A stretch of 64,000 nucleotides of DNA from positions 5,248,001 to 5,312,000 of the forward strand of contig CBDFKD010000002.1 of the NCBI GenBank assembly GCA_965248695.1. The letters run 5' to 3'. Source of the stretch: Acidobacteriota bacterium. GTDB lineage: Bacteria; Acidobacteriota; UBA890; WLXD01. This document shows, one piece after another, positions 1 through 9,590 of the stretch (position 1 is the stretch's first letter; each line of letters begins with the position of its first letter). The notes below the pieces were generated by a model. The model searched no databases, was not told the DNA's origin, and saw only the letters and a program-made list of their open reading frames with translations. Position numbers and translations under genes: made by a program.

Positions 1-204
1 GTACACCGACATGAGCTCCTCGATGCTGCCGTTTGCGAAGGCCGCAGCTAGGCCGTCCATCAAGGCGTCGATGGCGGCCCGGTCGTCCTCGACAGTCGGC
101 GTAGGCTCTGCCTCGGGAGCTGGAGGGCTCTCTGCCGCGGTACAGCCAAGCGCCGAGATGGTCAACGCCAGCAAGATCGCAGTGGTACCTGGGCGCCGTC
201 TCAT
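1..204 (-). CDS. NTF2-like/DUF4440 lipoprotein, runs off the window edge
   Basis: ATG at 204 overlaps the upstream TGA (ATGA). Translated by hand: MRRRPGTTAILLALTISALGC (lipobox), a Pro-rich linker, then DRAAIDALMDGLAAAFANGSIEELMSVY, the typical first helix of NTF2/SnoaL proteins. Confidence 0.7.
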   Translation of the reverse strand, partial: MRRRPGTTAILLALTISALGCTAAESPPAPEAEPTPTVEDDRAAIDALMDGLAAAFANGSIEELMSVY

Positions 205-656
205 TGACTGTCCTCCGGGCTGCCATCGGTATTCCAGAATTCACGCGCGATCTTCCACGAGCCGTCATCCTGCCGGGCCAGGATGTAGATCGCCTTGCCG
301 GCGGTCTCGTCGCCAACCGTCCATGCACCGACGACATGGGCCCAATCTCCGTGCACCATCACCTCGACATAGGTCTCGGCCCACGGAATCGGACCATCGA
401 GCGAGGCCGTCGCCCTCATGGCGTCCTTGCCGCTGGCCGGCGCACTATCCGGCTGCATGAAGAACGCGTCGTCGGTGTATTGGCCGAGGAAGGCCTCGTT
501 GTCACCAGTCCGGAGCGCGTCGCCGGTGGCGTCCATCGCCGCGATCACGGCGTCCACGTCAGCGCCGCTGGTCTGTTGAGCGGCCTGGACCCAACCGGGG
601 GCCGATGCCAGGAGCAGGAGCGATGCCGCAAGAAGCGCAGCGGGTCGGATTCTCAT
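201..656 (-). CDS. Secreted NTF2-like/DUF4440 (SnoaL-like) protein
   Basis: Signal peptide MRIRPAALLAASLLLLA with GGAG upstream; YTDDAFFMQPD...GKDAMR and RQDDGSWKIAREFWN motifs. Confidence 0.8.
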   Translation of the reverse strand: MRIRPAALLAASLLLLASAPGWVQAAQQTSGADVDAVIAAMDATGDALRTGDNEAFLGQYTDDAFFMQPDSAPASGKDAMRATASLDGPIPWAETYVEVMVHGDWAHVVGAWTVGDETAGKAIYILARQDDGSWKIAREFWNTDGSPEDSQ

Positions 657-746
657 TCGCGATCTCCATGAGCGGTGGTCACTCCCACTCCGGAGCCTGT
701 TCGGCACCGGGGCGAAGGCGACCGTCTATTCGATCCCTGGGAGCTG

Positions 747-2087
747 TCAGGGCGATGTTGGACGCTGGCCGTAAACACCTGCTAACACCTGGCGCACCAT
801 CGGCAGCAGGCTCATCTCGCTGTGTTCTCGGTCCTTGAAGTAGCTGGCGTAGACGGCCACATAGTCCAGGTCGGGGTTGACCAGCAGCCCTTGCCCGGCC
901 CAGCCGCCCTTGTGGAAGTCGTTGTTGTCGTACACATCCCACTGGTAAACGGTGGTTCGCATGTCGGCCGGATCGAGGCCGGCGTCGCGCGGGCCGAATC
1001 GCGCGTTCGCCTGCAGCTCCGGCCGCCCACCGCTCGAGAGAACGCCAAGAAACCGGTCGGAGATGAGCTTGCGATCGGTCACAACTCCGTAACTCGGGGT
1101 GAACAACAGGCCGAATCGGGCCAGGTCGCGCAGGCGGGCGATGACCACCTCGAGGGCGATCCCGTTGCGGGCGGCGAACATCGACGCGTCGGCCTCGGCG
1201 CCGATGTGACGCCAGATCTCCCCGGTGAAGGCGTCCTGAAACGGCATGCCGGTGACTTCCTCGACCAGCCAGCGAAGGAGGAACGTGTTGACGCCGGAGT
1301 AGTCGTAGCCGGTGCCCTGCTCGGCCCAGAACCCATAGTCGAAGTCGATCATCATGTCGTACGGGTTGTCGGGGCTGTTCTCGGTGCGGTACGCGTCGCC
1401 CATGGAAGCTTCGAATCGGTAGTAGCACGACTCGAAGTCGACATAGTTGTCGGAGCAGTCGATCCCCGATGCCATATCGAGCAGGTTGCGGACGGTGATT
1501 CCCGCCAGCTGCGAGTCCTTCAGATCGGAGATGTAATCTTCGATCGGCAGGGCGACGTCTACCAGGCCCCGATCTTCGAGAATCGACACGACCGCCGATA
1601 CCAGCACCTTGGTAACCGACCAGTAGGCGGGCTTCTGGTAGTATTGCATACGCGGATAGGTTTCGAAAACGACCTCGCCGCGGTACAGGATCACCATTCC
1701 CATGGTCGTGGTGAGGTCGCTTCGTAGCACGTCTTGGAAGCGTTGCGACCCGGCGGCAGTCTCAACCACGTAGTCAGCGATTCTCTCGTCGAGGCGATAG
1801 GCGAGCTCACGGACCGGGCCGTCACGGTAGATGTTGACGGTGGGGAACAGCTGGTGAACGTTCTTGAGGCTCCAGGCGAGTTGGTCGCCGACGACGTCCC
1901 ACCAGGCCGTGTCGGTGGGCACGGCGCGTTGCCAGCGCAACGTCTCCGCGACCGATGAGTCGGGCTCGAAGGCCGGGAGCTCAGCGTCGCTGACGCCGAC
2001 CTCTGCATCGGGAGCCGGCGCGGCGCATGCCGCGCCGGCGATCAGACCGACGACTGCCCACCTCCGCAGTTGCCGCCGTATTTTCAA
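747..2087 (-). CDS. Serine hydrolase, beta-lactamase class C / NylB-like, lipoprotein
   Basis: WSVTK (SxxK), LLDMASG, YSG and HKGGWAGQ motifs; lipobox AGAAC; TTG start overlaps the upstream TGA. Confidence 0.85.
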   Translation of the reverse strand: MKIRRQLRRWAVVGLIAGAACAAPAPDAEVGVSDAELPAFEPDSSVAETLRWQRAVPTDTAWWDVVGDQLAWSLKNVHQLFPTVNIYRDGPVRELAYRLDERIADYVVETAAGSQRFQDVLRSDLTTTMGMVILYRGEVVFETYPRMQYYQKPAYWSVTKVLVSAVVSILEDRGLVDVALPIEDYISDLKDSQLAGITVRNLLDMASGIDCSDNYVDFESCYYRFEASMGDAYRTENSPDNPYDMMIDFDYGFWAEQGTGYDYSGVNTFLLRWLVEEVTGMPFQDAFTGEIWRHIGAEADASMFAARNGIALEVVIARLRDLARFGLLFTPSYGVVTDRKLISDRFLGVLSSGGRPELQANARFGPRDAGLDPADMRTTVYQWDVYDNNDFHKGGWAGQGLLVNPDLDYVAVYASYFKDREHSEMSLLPMVRQVLAGVYGQRPTSP

Positions 2088-3430
2088 GGGCTGGTCTCCT
2101 CCCCGAACACTCCCTCGAGAACCTCGCGCAGGACCGGCAACGCGCTCATCTCGCTGCCCTCACGGTCTTTGAAGTAGCCGGCATACGCCGCCACGTAGTC
2201 GCGTTCCGGATTGATCAGCAGTCCCTGGCCGCCCCAGCCGCCCTTGTAGACGTCGTCGTTATCGAAGACAACGTCCCACTGGTAGACGTTGTGGCGCACG
2301 CCGTCTCGCCGGAAGTTGCCGCCGCGGGCGTTCTCGAACAGCTCCGGTCGTCCGCCATGCAGGATCAGGTCAATGGTGCGATCCGAGACGATCTTCTGTG
2401 GTGACACCGCCGCATGGCTCGGAGTGAACAGCACTCCGAAACGCGCCACGTCGCGGACGTTCGCCACCAACCCGCCGCTGGTCAGGGGGATGCCGTTGAG
2501 GCCGGCGAAGATGGAGGCGTCGGCCTCGGCGCCCATGTGCCTCCAGACTTCCCGGGTAAGCACGTCCTGGAACGGCATGCCGGTGACCTTCTCGACCACC
2601 CAGCTAACCAGGAACGTGTTGAGGCCCGAGTAGTTGTAGCCGACTCCCTGCTCGGCCCAAAACCCGTAGTCGTAGTTGATCAGCATGTCGTACGGGTTGT
2701 CCTCGGCGATCGTCAGCGGCAGCCCGTCGCCAAACGCCGATTCGAAGTGGTTGTAGCAGGCGTCCGGCGTGGCGTAGTCGTCGGCGCAGTCGACGCCTGA
2801 GGCCATATCGAGGGCATTGCGCACCGTGATGCCGGCGAGCTGCGATCCCTCGAGCTCAGGGATGTAGAACTCCACCGGCTTGCTGACGTCGATCTCGCCG
2901 CGGTCTTCGAGAATCGCCAGCACCGTCGATGTGAACGCCTTGGTGACGGACCAGAAGATCGGCTTCTGGTAGGGCTCCATGCGCGGATAGCTCTCGAAGA
3001 CGATCTCGCCCCGATGAACGATCACCATGCCCATCGTCGTCGAGTGTTCGCTGTTCAGGAAGTCGAGGAACCCCAACTGCCCGTCAGGCGTCTCGACTTG
3101 ATAGTCGGCGATCTCGGTCATCGGCCGCCGGGCGAGCTCGCTTACCGGGCCGTCGCGATAGACGTTCACCGTCGGTGCGATCTGATGGACGTTCTTGAAC
3201 GCCCAGGCCTGCTGCTCGCCGACCACGTCCCACCAGGCGGTGCGATCGGTGGGCAAGTCACGATGCCAGCGGAGCGTGTCGGCAACCGTCACCGCCGACT
3301 CGAACGGTGCCGGGTCGGTGCTTGCCGCGGCCTCCCGCAGAGGACCATCTGCGGGCGCGCACCCTGCGGCCAGGGTGAACGCGAGCACGGCCAGGATGGC
3401 GAGCGGACGACCTGCGTGGCGGGTGGACAT
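2084..3430 (-). CDS. Serine hydrolase, beta-lactamase class C / NylB-like, lipoprotein (tandem paralog)
   Basis: WSVTK, ALDMASG, YSG and YKGGWGGQ motifs; lipobox LAAGC; GGAGG before ATG 3430. Confidence 0.85.
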   Translation of the reverse strand: MSTRHAGRPLAILAVLAFTLAAGCAPADGPLREAAASTDPAPFESAVTVADTLRWHRDLPTDRTAWWDVVGEQQAWAFKNVHQIAPTVNVYRDGPVSELARRPMTEIADYQVETPDGQLGFLDFLNSEHSTTMGMVIVHRGEIVFESYPRMEPYQKPIFWSVTKAFTSTVLAILEDRGEIDVSKPVEFYIPELEGSQLAGITVRNALDMASGVDCADDYATPDACYNHFESAFGDGLPLTIAEDNPYDMLINYDYGFWAEQGVGYNYSGLNTFLVSWVVEKVTGMPFQDVLTREVWRHMGAEADASIFAGLNGIPLTSGGLVANVRDVARFGVLFTPSHAAVSPQKIVSDRTIDLILHGGRPELFENARGGNFRRDGVRHNVYQWDVVFDNDDVYKGGWGGQGLLINPERDYVAAYAGYFKDREGSEMSALPVLREVLEGVFGEETSP

Positions 3431-3519
3431 CACTTCCTCCTTCGTCCCCGGTCCGCCCCGCCGCAACACACAATCAGGGCGGCAATCGACCAGTTGACGC
3501 GTCGGCGCCCAGTGGCGCC

Positions 3520-4065
3520 CTATTGTGGCTGGATCTGAATGTCCTTGAGGTCGGCGAACTCGGTGCCGAGCTCATGCTCGCCGGCCGGAAACTCGTTCTT
3601 GTTGAAGATAAACGCCACCACGTCGGCGTACTCCTCGCGGGTGAGACGGCGTGACGCCGATGGCGGCATCGTCGTACGAATCCTCTCGTATAGGTCGCCG
3701 ACCGACATGCGACCCCATTTCGACATGAAGCTCTCTCCGGCGAGCGCGGGGATCACCACACCACCCCGTAGCGTCGGTGTGTGGCAACTCTGGCATGCTC
3801 GGCGATAGGCGGTCTCGCCGCGATCGCTTTGCTCCACGGTGTAGACACCTTCGCCGACCGAGGCGGGTGCAGGTGCGGTGGCGGCCGGCGGATCTGGCTC
3901 GGCCGGCGGCTCCGGCTCAGAGCGCACGTCGCGCGACTCCATCTCAGGTGCGGCGGGCGGTGCGGGTGTCGCGGCAGGAGGCTGCGAAGACGCGCACCCC
4001 AGGGTTCCCATGAGGATTGCGGCGGTCGCCAGGTACAACGCGTTCGTACGGAATTGCTTGCGCAT
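3520..4065 (-). CDS. Mono-heme cytochrome c lipoprotein
   Basis: CQSCH heme motif, RIRTTMP axial Met, lipobox TLGC, Pro/Ala-rich linker. Alternative start at 4119. Confidence 0.85.
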   Translation of the reverse strand: MRKQFRTNALYLATAAILMGTLGCASSQPPAATPAPPAAPEMESRDVRSEPEPPAEPDPPAATAPAPASVGEGVYTVEQSDRGETAYRRACQSCHTPTLRGGVVIPALAGESFMSKWGRMSVGDLYERIRTTMPPSASRRLTREEYADVVAFIFNKNEFPAGEHELGTEFADLKDIQIQPQ

Positions 4066-4120
4066 GAGTTCGCTGTCCAACCTTTCGTCTCGTGAATAGA
4101 TCGATCGGGGCGGCGCCATT

Positions 4121-6121
4121 TCAGGTGCGCTCGGCCCAAGGATACTGGAACTCTGGCCGGATCACGTCAGTCAGGAGCTCCTGCACGGCGCGGTGGGCCT
4201 GGTCGAAGGCGGCGGAGGTCAGAGATACGGCGGCGGCGTCAGAGTTCGCGATCGTGATCCGACCGAAACGCTTGCGTCCGACGACGAAGGGCGCCTCGTC
4301 GTAGCCCCACTCCGGGTCGTACAGGTCGTTGGGCGCACCGGCATAGCCATGCGGCCAGCGGTTGACGGTGATCGACTCGATGTCACGCGCCGGATCGAAC
4401 CCACCGTTTGCGAGCGCCCGCCCGAGCTGGTCGCGGACGTTGCGCTCGAAGGTCTCGAACGTCGTCGCCAGCAGATCCTCGCGCCCGGCGCGGAACTGAT
4501 CTCGCGCCGGTAAGCCCGGCATGATCGGCACTCTCTGCATGTGGATAACCATCGGCTCTTCGGGCCCTTCGGCGCGCTTGTAGTCGCCGAGGCTGGTGCC
4601 CCAATCGAGCATGATGGATTGGTGGTAGGAGCCCGGGCTGGTGATGCTCGAGACCCCAAGCTCGTGGAACGAGGTCCAGTTACGCACCAGAACGTTGGTG
4701 TAGACGTACGGTTTGCGGACCGCGAGCTTGAGCGCCGCGCGCTGCTCGTCGGGGATCTCCGGACAGAGGTAGGGAACCACGGCGTTGTAGCAGGCCATGA
4801 CGCAGGCCCCCGTGCGCGCGCGGTACGTCTTGCCATCCTGCACGTAGGTCACCTGTACCTCGTCGGCCGAGCGCCGGTCGCCGGCATGGCGCGCGTTCAC
4901 GACCGTGCTGTTGAGGCGGATGCGGACGTCGTTAGTGTCGCGATCCAGCGTGTCGTAGCGGACCCGGGTGGCGACAGAGTCCTCCATCGTCGAGCCCGGC
5001 AATGCGTCGGGTATCAGCCAGCGGACGATGAGGCGCGCGATGCCGGCGTTGCCGTCCGGGAAGTGGATGCCCTCGAGCGGGTTGTCGACGCCGGCGGCAT
5101 CCAGCCAGTTGGTTGGTGGCCTTTCCAGCCCGAGACCGTCGAATCCCGGCACCCAACCGGAACGGAACGCACCGTAGGCGCTGATGCTGTCGATGCCGGC
5201 GGCGCCATTGTGGTCGATGCTGTAGCGCAAGTAATCAATAACCTGCGGGTCGACCTTGACCAGGTCGAGCAGGTAGCGCTCATAGCTCATCGTGCGCAGC
5301 CGGTCCACCTTGTCCTCAGGCGACAGGCCTGGCAAGTAATCGACGGCGTCCTCGTAGAGGCGGGCGATGTCCTTCTTGGTCGTATCGGCGAGCGGCGTCG
5401 CAGCTAAGAATTCTGTCCAGCTCACCGTCGAGGTGCTGTCGCCACCAAAGCTGCCCCCTGGGGTTCCGACCACCAGGCGGTCGTCACCGAAGGTCTCACG
5501 ATCGAAGAAGACCCCCTCCTGTAGGCCATATCTGCCGAGAATGCTGGCACCGTCCGGATTCTGGGCATGGAATCGCTCGGCGTCGAGCCCGATGTCATCA
5601 AACAGCGCCACTCCCTCCGGGGTATAGGCACCGGTGATGAACATCGTGCCGCCGTAGCCGATGATCTGCCGATCCCCGACCATGTACTCGTTGCGCTTGG
5701 CGTGACCGCCGAAGTCGTCGTGGTTGTCGAGCACCAGAACCTTCGACTCCGGCAGCGCCTTGCGGAAGTAGTAGGCCGCTGCCAAACCGCTGAGGCCGCC
5801 ACCGACGACGATGAGATCGTAGGACTCGCCGGTCTCCTCGGCGTCGTCCCAGGTCTTGCCGTAGCGCATTTCATGCGCCGCCTCGAACGAGCCCGGGTGG
5901 CTGCCCCGCATGCCGGTGAGCTTCGGCGGGTAGTACTCGCCAGAGCTGAACGCCCCAGGACCCTGACGGCGCGCGAGGGTTGGCTCCGCATGTGCCGTTG
6001 TGGCTCCCGTTGCCATGGTGCCGAGAGCGCCGGCGCCGCCAATGGCGATGCTGGCGCCGTTGAGAAAATCTCGGCGGCTGATGTCGCGCAACATTCCGAG
6101 CTCGCGGTCAGACTTCTTCAT
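4121..6121 (-). CDS. Tat-exported FAD oxidoreductase, spermidine dehydrogenase SpdH-like
   Basis: ISRRDFLNG Tat motif; YYPPKLTGMRGSHPGSFEAAH; GGGLSG dinucleotide fold; DNHDDFGGHAKRNE; HFPDGNA; NRWPHGY; IANSDA. Confidence 0.85.
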   Translation of the reverse strand: MKKSDRELGMLRDISRRDFLNGASIAIGGAGALGTMATGATTAHAEPTLARRQGPGAFSSGEYYPPKLTGMRGSHPGSFEAAHEMRYGKTWDDAEETGESYDLIVVGGGLSGLAAAYYFRKALPESKVLVLDNHDDFGGHAKRNEYMVGDRQIIGYGGTMFITGAYTPEGVALFDDIGLDAERFHAQNPDGASILGRYGLQEGVFFDRETFGDDRLVVGTPGGSFGGDSTSTVSWTEFLAATPLADTTKKDIARLYEDAVDYLPGLSPEDKVDRLRTMSYERYLLDLVKVDPQVIDYLRYSIDHNGAAGIDSISAYGAFRSGWVPGFDGLGLERPPTNWLDAAGVDNPLEGIHFPDGNAGIARLIVRWLIPDALPGSTMEDSVATRVRYDTLDRDTNDVRIRLNSTVVNARHAGDRRSADEVQVTYVQDGKTYRARTGACVMACYNAVVPYLCPEIPDEQRAALKLAVRKPYVYTNVLVRNWTSFHELGVSSITSPGSYHQSIMLDWGTSLGDYKRAEGPEEPMVIHMQRVPIMPGLPARDQFRAGREDLLATTFETFERNVRDQLGRALANGGFDPARDIESITVNRWPHGYAGAPNDLYDPEWGYDEAPFVVGRKRFGRITIANSDAAAVSLTSAAFDQAHRAVQELLTDVIRPEFQYPWAERT

Positions 6122-6285
6122 GTTCCGTTCTCCTCAGGCGATAGATGCGTGGGCGGCGCTTGCAGCAGACCAGCTGCGCGCCGGCGCCGGGGCGAATTCT
6201 GGCACATTTCCGTTCCGCCCTCACCGGTCGCGAGGCCGCTCTTGCCGGTCGGGCAAGATGCAACCGTCCTGACTCTGTTCCCGCG

Positions 6286-7119
6286 CTAGGCGGTTCGACC
6301 GTAGAACAGCCGTTGCACCTCGGCGCTGTTGCGGACGCCGGGCTCGCTCTTGTAGCAGAGCACCGCCACATAGCGCGTCACGCGGCCAGCGACGGGCGAA
6401 ACACGGTGCAGAGCCCGGTGTCCCTCGAACATCACCAAGGTGCCCGGCGGTGCTTCGAGGGTACAGACGTCGCTCGTGTCACCGGCGAGGATCTTGCCCA
6501 CGGCCTCGTACTCCTCACCGTTCGTTCCTCGCAGCCCAGGCACATATTCGAACTCACCGCCCGCCAGGGGCGCCTGCAGCATGAGGGTGATAGTGGTTTC
6601 GGACTCGTCGAAATGCCACCCGTGATTCTGGCCCTCGTCCATGACGTTGATGGTCAATGCGGCGAGCGGGTCGCCCATGCGAAACATCGGTACATCGGAG
6701 GTCGCCGCGGCCAGGAATTCGGTCAACGTGTCCCACTCGTACAGCTCCCTGAGCGCATGGCCGGCGGTGATCTGGTCGTAGGCGATCGACTTCAGATGCG
6801 TCCTCTGAGGCCGAACTCGAGGGTGATCCGACGACAGGGACTCGTCGTCCGGCTCCAGGTAGGCATTGTGGGTCTTGTCGCACCGATACGCGTCGCCGAC
6901 CACCTCGTCTATCTGCGCTGCCATGAGCGCCGTGGCCGCCGGGGTGAGAAACTCCGGCAGAAGGCATACCCCGTTTTCGGCCAGCTGGCCACGGCAACTC
7001 TGCACCAGACGCCGGCCTTGTTCCGACGCTGGTCTATCGATCGGGTAGAGTGCGATGTCGACCAGGGTCGCCGGAGCCGCGGAGCGACGTGCACCCTTCG
7101 GTTGCGCAGTGGAACTCAT
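6286..7119 (-). CDS. Fe(II)/2-oxoglutarate oxygenase, BesD/HalD-like fold with HxD (hydroxylase type)
   Basis: HGWHFD...GGEFEY...LHRVSPVAGRVTR facial triad and 2OG-binding Arg; GGAGGA RBS favours ATG 7119. Confidence 0.75.
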   Translation of the reverse strand: MSSTAQPKGARRSAAPATLVDIALYPIDRPASEQGRRLVQSCRGQLAENGVCLLPEFLTPAATALMAAQIDEVVGDAYRCDKTHNAYLEPDDESLSSDHPRVRPQRTHLKSIAYDQITAGHALRELYEWDTLTEFLAAATSDVPMFRMGDPLAALTINVMDEGQNHGWHFDESETTITLMLQAPLAGGEFEYVPGLRGTNGEEYEAVGKILAGDTSDVCTLEAPPGTLVMFEGHRALHRVSPVAGRVTRYVAVLCYKSEPGVRNSAEVQRLFYGRTA

Positions 7120-7191
7120 ATCCATTCCTCCGTACTCGAAGCCGGATCATCGCATACGGTCCACGGCAGGTGGGCACAGAGAGCGACGGCG

Positions 7192-8262
7192 ATGAAGGAT
7201 ACGGCGATTGTCCTAGCGAACGGGCTCTTCGAGACTTCGTGGGCGAAGACCGCCCACGGTCTCGTGCGCGGGCCGTGCCGGTACGAGATCGGTGGCCTGG
7301 TCGATCCCAGCTGCGCCGGCGCCGACGCGGGGGAGCTGCTGGACGGGCGCCATCGCGGGATTCCGATATTCAACTCGGTTCAAGACTCGCTCGACGCGCT
7401 GCCCGCCAAGCCGGCCTTCTGTGTCGTCGGGATCGCCACGGAAGGCGGGGTGATTCCGCCGCCGCTGCACACGTCGCTGTTGACCGCAGCGACGGCCGGC
7501 GTCTCGTTGGTGAGCGGCTTGCATCGGTTCCTCGCCGACGATCCCGAAATCGCCACCGCTGCGACGGCGAGCGGCGCCACGATCGTGGATATTCGCAGGC
7601 CGCGTCCGACACCCGAGCTTCACTTCTGGGAGGGACTGATCCGCCAGGTGCGGGCGCCACGCGTCGCCGTTCTGGGAACCGACTGCGCCCTCGGCAAGCG
7701 CACGACCGCAGCATTGCTCGCCACTGCGCTCAACACGCTCGGCACCAATGCCGAGATGATCTACACCGGACAGACAGGCTGGCTGTCGGGCCAGAAGCAC
7801 GGCTTCATTCTCGACGCCACGCTCAACGACTTCGTGTCCGGCGAGCTGGAACGCGTCATCGTCGACTGCGATCGAGATGAGCAACCGGATGTGATCTTGC
7901 TCGAAGGACAATCGGCGCTCCGCAATCCGACCGGCCCTTGCGGCTCAGAGCTCATCATCTCCGGGGCCGCGAGCGGCGTCGTCCTGCAGCACGCGCCCGC
8001 CCGCGAATCGTTCGACGGCTACGAGCACGTCGACTGCCCGATCCCGCCGCTGGCAGAGGAGATCGAGCTCATCCGCCTGCTGGGGTCGCAAGTGTGGGCG
8101 CTGACCTTGAACCATGACGGCCTGTCGCCGTCGCGATGCGACGAGATACGAAGTGAGCTGACGGATCGCCATCAGCTACCGGTGGCGTTCCCACTCCTCG
8201 ATGGGGTGGAGGGGATCGCAGCAACCATCAAACGCCGTCTTGAACAACTAGCGACGGGCTGA
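7192..8262 (+). CDS. DUF1611 P-loop protein (DgcN / D-Glu N-acetyltransferase-like)
   Basis: AKTAHGL, VSGLH, GTDCALGKRTT, TGQTG, DFVSGELE and EGQSAL motifs. True start MKDTAIV at 7192. Confidence 0.85.
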   Translation: MKDTAIVLANGLFETSWAKTAHGLVRGPCRYEIGGLVDPSCAGADAGELLDGRHRGIPIFNSVQDSLDALPAKPAFCVVGIATEGGVIPPPLHTSLLTAATAGVSLVSGLHRFLADDPEIATAATASGATIVDIRRPRPTPELHFWEGLIRQVRAPRVAVLGTDCALGKRTTAALLATALNTLGTNAEMIYTGQTGWLSGQKHGFILDATLNDFVSGELERVIVDCDRDEQPDVILLEGQSALRNPTGPCGSELIISGAASGVVLQHAPARESFDGYEHVDCPIPPLAEEIELIRLLGSQVWALTLNHDGLSPSRCDEIRSELTDRHQLPVAFPLLDGVEGIAATIKRRLEQLATG

Positions 8263-8273
8263 GGTGTCCCGGC

Positions 8274-9572
8274 CTATGGGCCGGACGCCCGCACCAGGTC
8301 GATAATCGCATCGACCTCGGCAGGAGCGCGGATGGGCCTGTTGGCCCGCCGAGGTTCGATACCCTCGATCTCTCCGCGATGATAGTTCACTACCGCGTCG
8401 GGGTCCTTCAGCAGATGACCGGTGAGGATGCCGCAGACGTTGGCCGCAGCATCGATGACGCCCGCGGCGACTAGCTTGCGTGCCCCGGCGACGGTGGCGC
8501 ATGAGGCCGGCTCTGCTCCGATGCCTGCTGCATCGACCACCGCCTTGGCATCGAGGATTTCCTGATCGCTCACTTCCTCCACGACACCATCGCAGGCGGC
8601 AAGTCCGCGCAGGCTCTTACGCCACGACACCGGGTTGCCGATCCGGATGGCGGTGGCGAGGGTTTCGGCGTTGACGACGGGTCGGACCGCGGTGCCGTCC
8701 CGGAAGGCGCGATACAGGGGGTTGGCGCCTGCCGCTTGGATCACCGCGATGCGCGGTAGACGATCGATGAGGCCGAGTTCGAGCAGCTCGCTCATCCCCT
8801 TGGCGATGGCGGAGTTGTTACCCAGACCTCCGCCCGGCAGCACGATCCAATCGGGCACCGTCCAATCGAGGTCCTGTAATAGCTCGAAGCCAATCGCCTT
8901 CTGCCCCTCGATGCGGAACGGGTTGATCGAGTTGAGCAAATAGATGTTCTCGGTCGTGCATATCTGCTGAACGATCTCCATGGCGCGGTCGAAATCACCG
9001 GCCAGCTGGATGGTCGTGGCGCCGTATGCCAGAGCCTGAGAAAGCTTGCCGTAAGAGATCTTGCCGTCGGGTATGAAAACGTACGCTTGCATGCCCGCCT
9101 GCGCCGCGTAGGCCGCCAGCGAGGCCGAGGTGTTGCCGGTCGACGCGCACGCGACACGGCGCATCCCGAGCATCCTGGCCACGGTAACTCCGACCGTCAT
9201 ACCGCGGTCCTTGAACGAGCCGGTGGGGTTCTCGCCCTCGTGCTTGAGGCCGATGGAATCCAGCCCGGCGTATCGTGCGATTGCGTCCGAGTAGTAGAGG
9301 TTGGTGTTGCCCTCCGGCTTGGTAACCGGGATCTCGGCATCTACGGGCAAGATCAGCTCGCGGAAACGCCACACTCCGGAGCGATCAACGGCCAGCTTGG
9401 ATGCGAGTCGACGATCGAACGTATCGACGGAGATCGGTGCCGGGCTGGCAGCGAAATCGTGCACGACATCGAGCGTCCCCCCTTCGTCCGAGCGATAGCG
9501 CGGCTCGAGCCCGTCGTAGCTGGTGCCGGTATCCACGCAGCGGAGCGACCAGGGCAGCTTGGCGGCGATCAC
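8274..9572 (-). CDS. thrC: Threonine synthase
   Basis: EGNT, KHEGENPTGSFKDRG (PLP Lys), CASTGNTSAS, NSINPFRIEGQK, AEPAS, TGHLLKDPD. Confidence 0.95.
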   Translation of the reverse strand: MIAAKLPWSLRCVDTGTSYDGLEPRYRSDEGGTLDVVHDFAASPAPISVDTFDRRLASKLAVDRSGVWRFRELILPVDAEIPVTKPEGNTNLYYSDAIARYAGLDSIGLKHEGENPTGSFKDRGMTVGVTVARMLGMRRVACASTGNTSASLAAYAAQAGMQAYVFIPDGKISYGKLSQALAYGATTIQLAGDFDRAMEIVQQICTTENIYLLNSINPFRIEGQKAIGFELLQDLDWTVPDWIVLPGGGLGNNSAIAKGMSELLELGLIDRLPRIAVIQAAGANPLYRAFRDGTAVRPVVNAETLATAIRIGNPVSWRKSLRGLAACDGVVEEVSDQEILDAKAVVDAAGIGAEPASCATVAGARKLVAAGVIDAAANVCGILTGHLLKDPDAVVNYHRGEIEGIEPRRANRPIRAPAEVDAIIDLVRASGP

Positions 9573-9590
9573 GATGCGGCGGCCTCCAGG

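Noticed and set aside
6286-7119. BesD/HalD-type radical halogenase
   Set aside because: The iron motif is HFD with Asp retained, not HxG/A.
6145-7191. 5' extension of the 705-aa ORF suggesting a larger DUF1611 fusion
   Set aside because: It is antisense to the real Fe/2OG oxygenase; the family match begins at ATG 7192.
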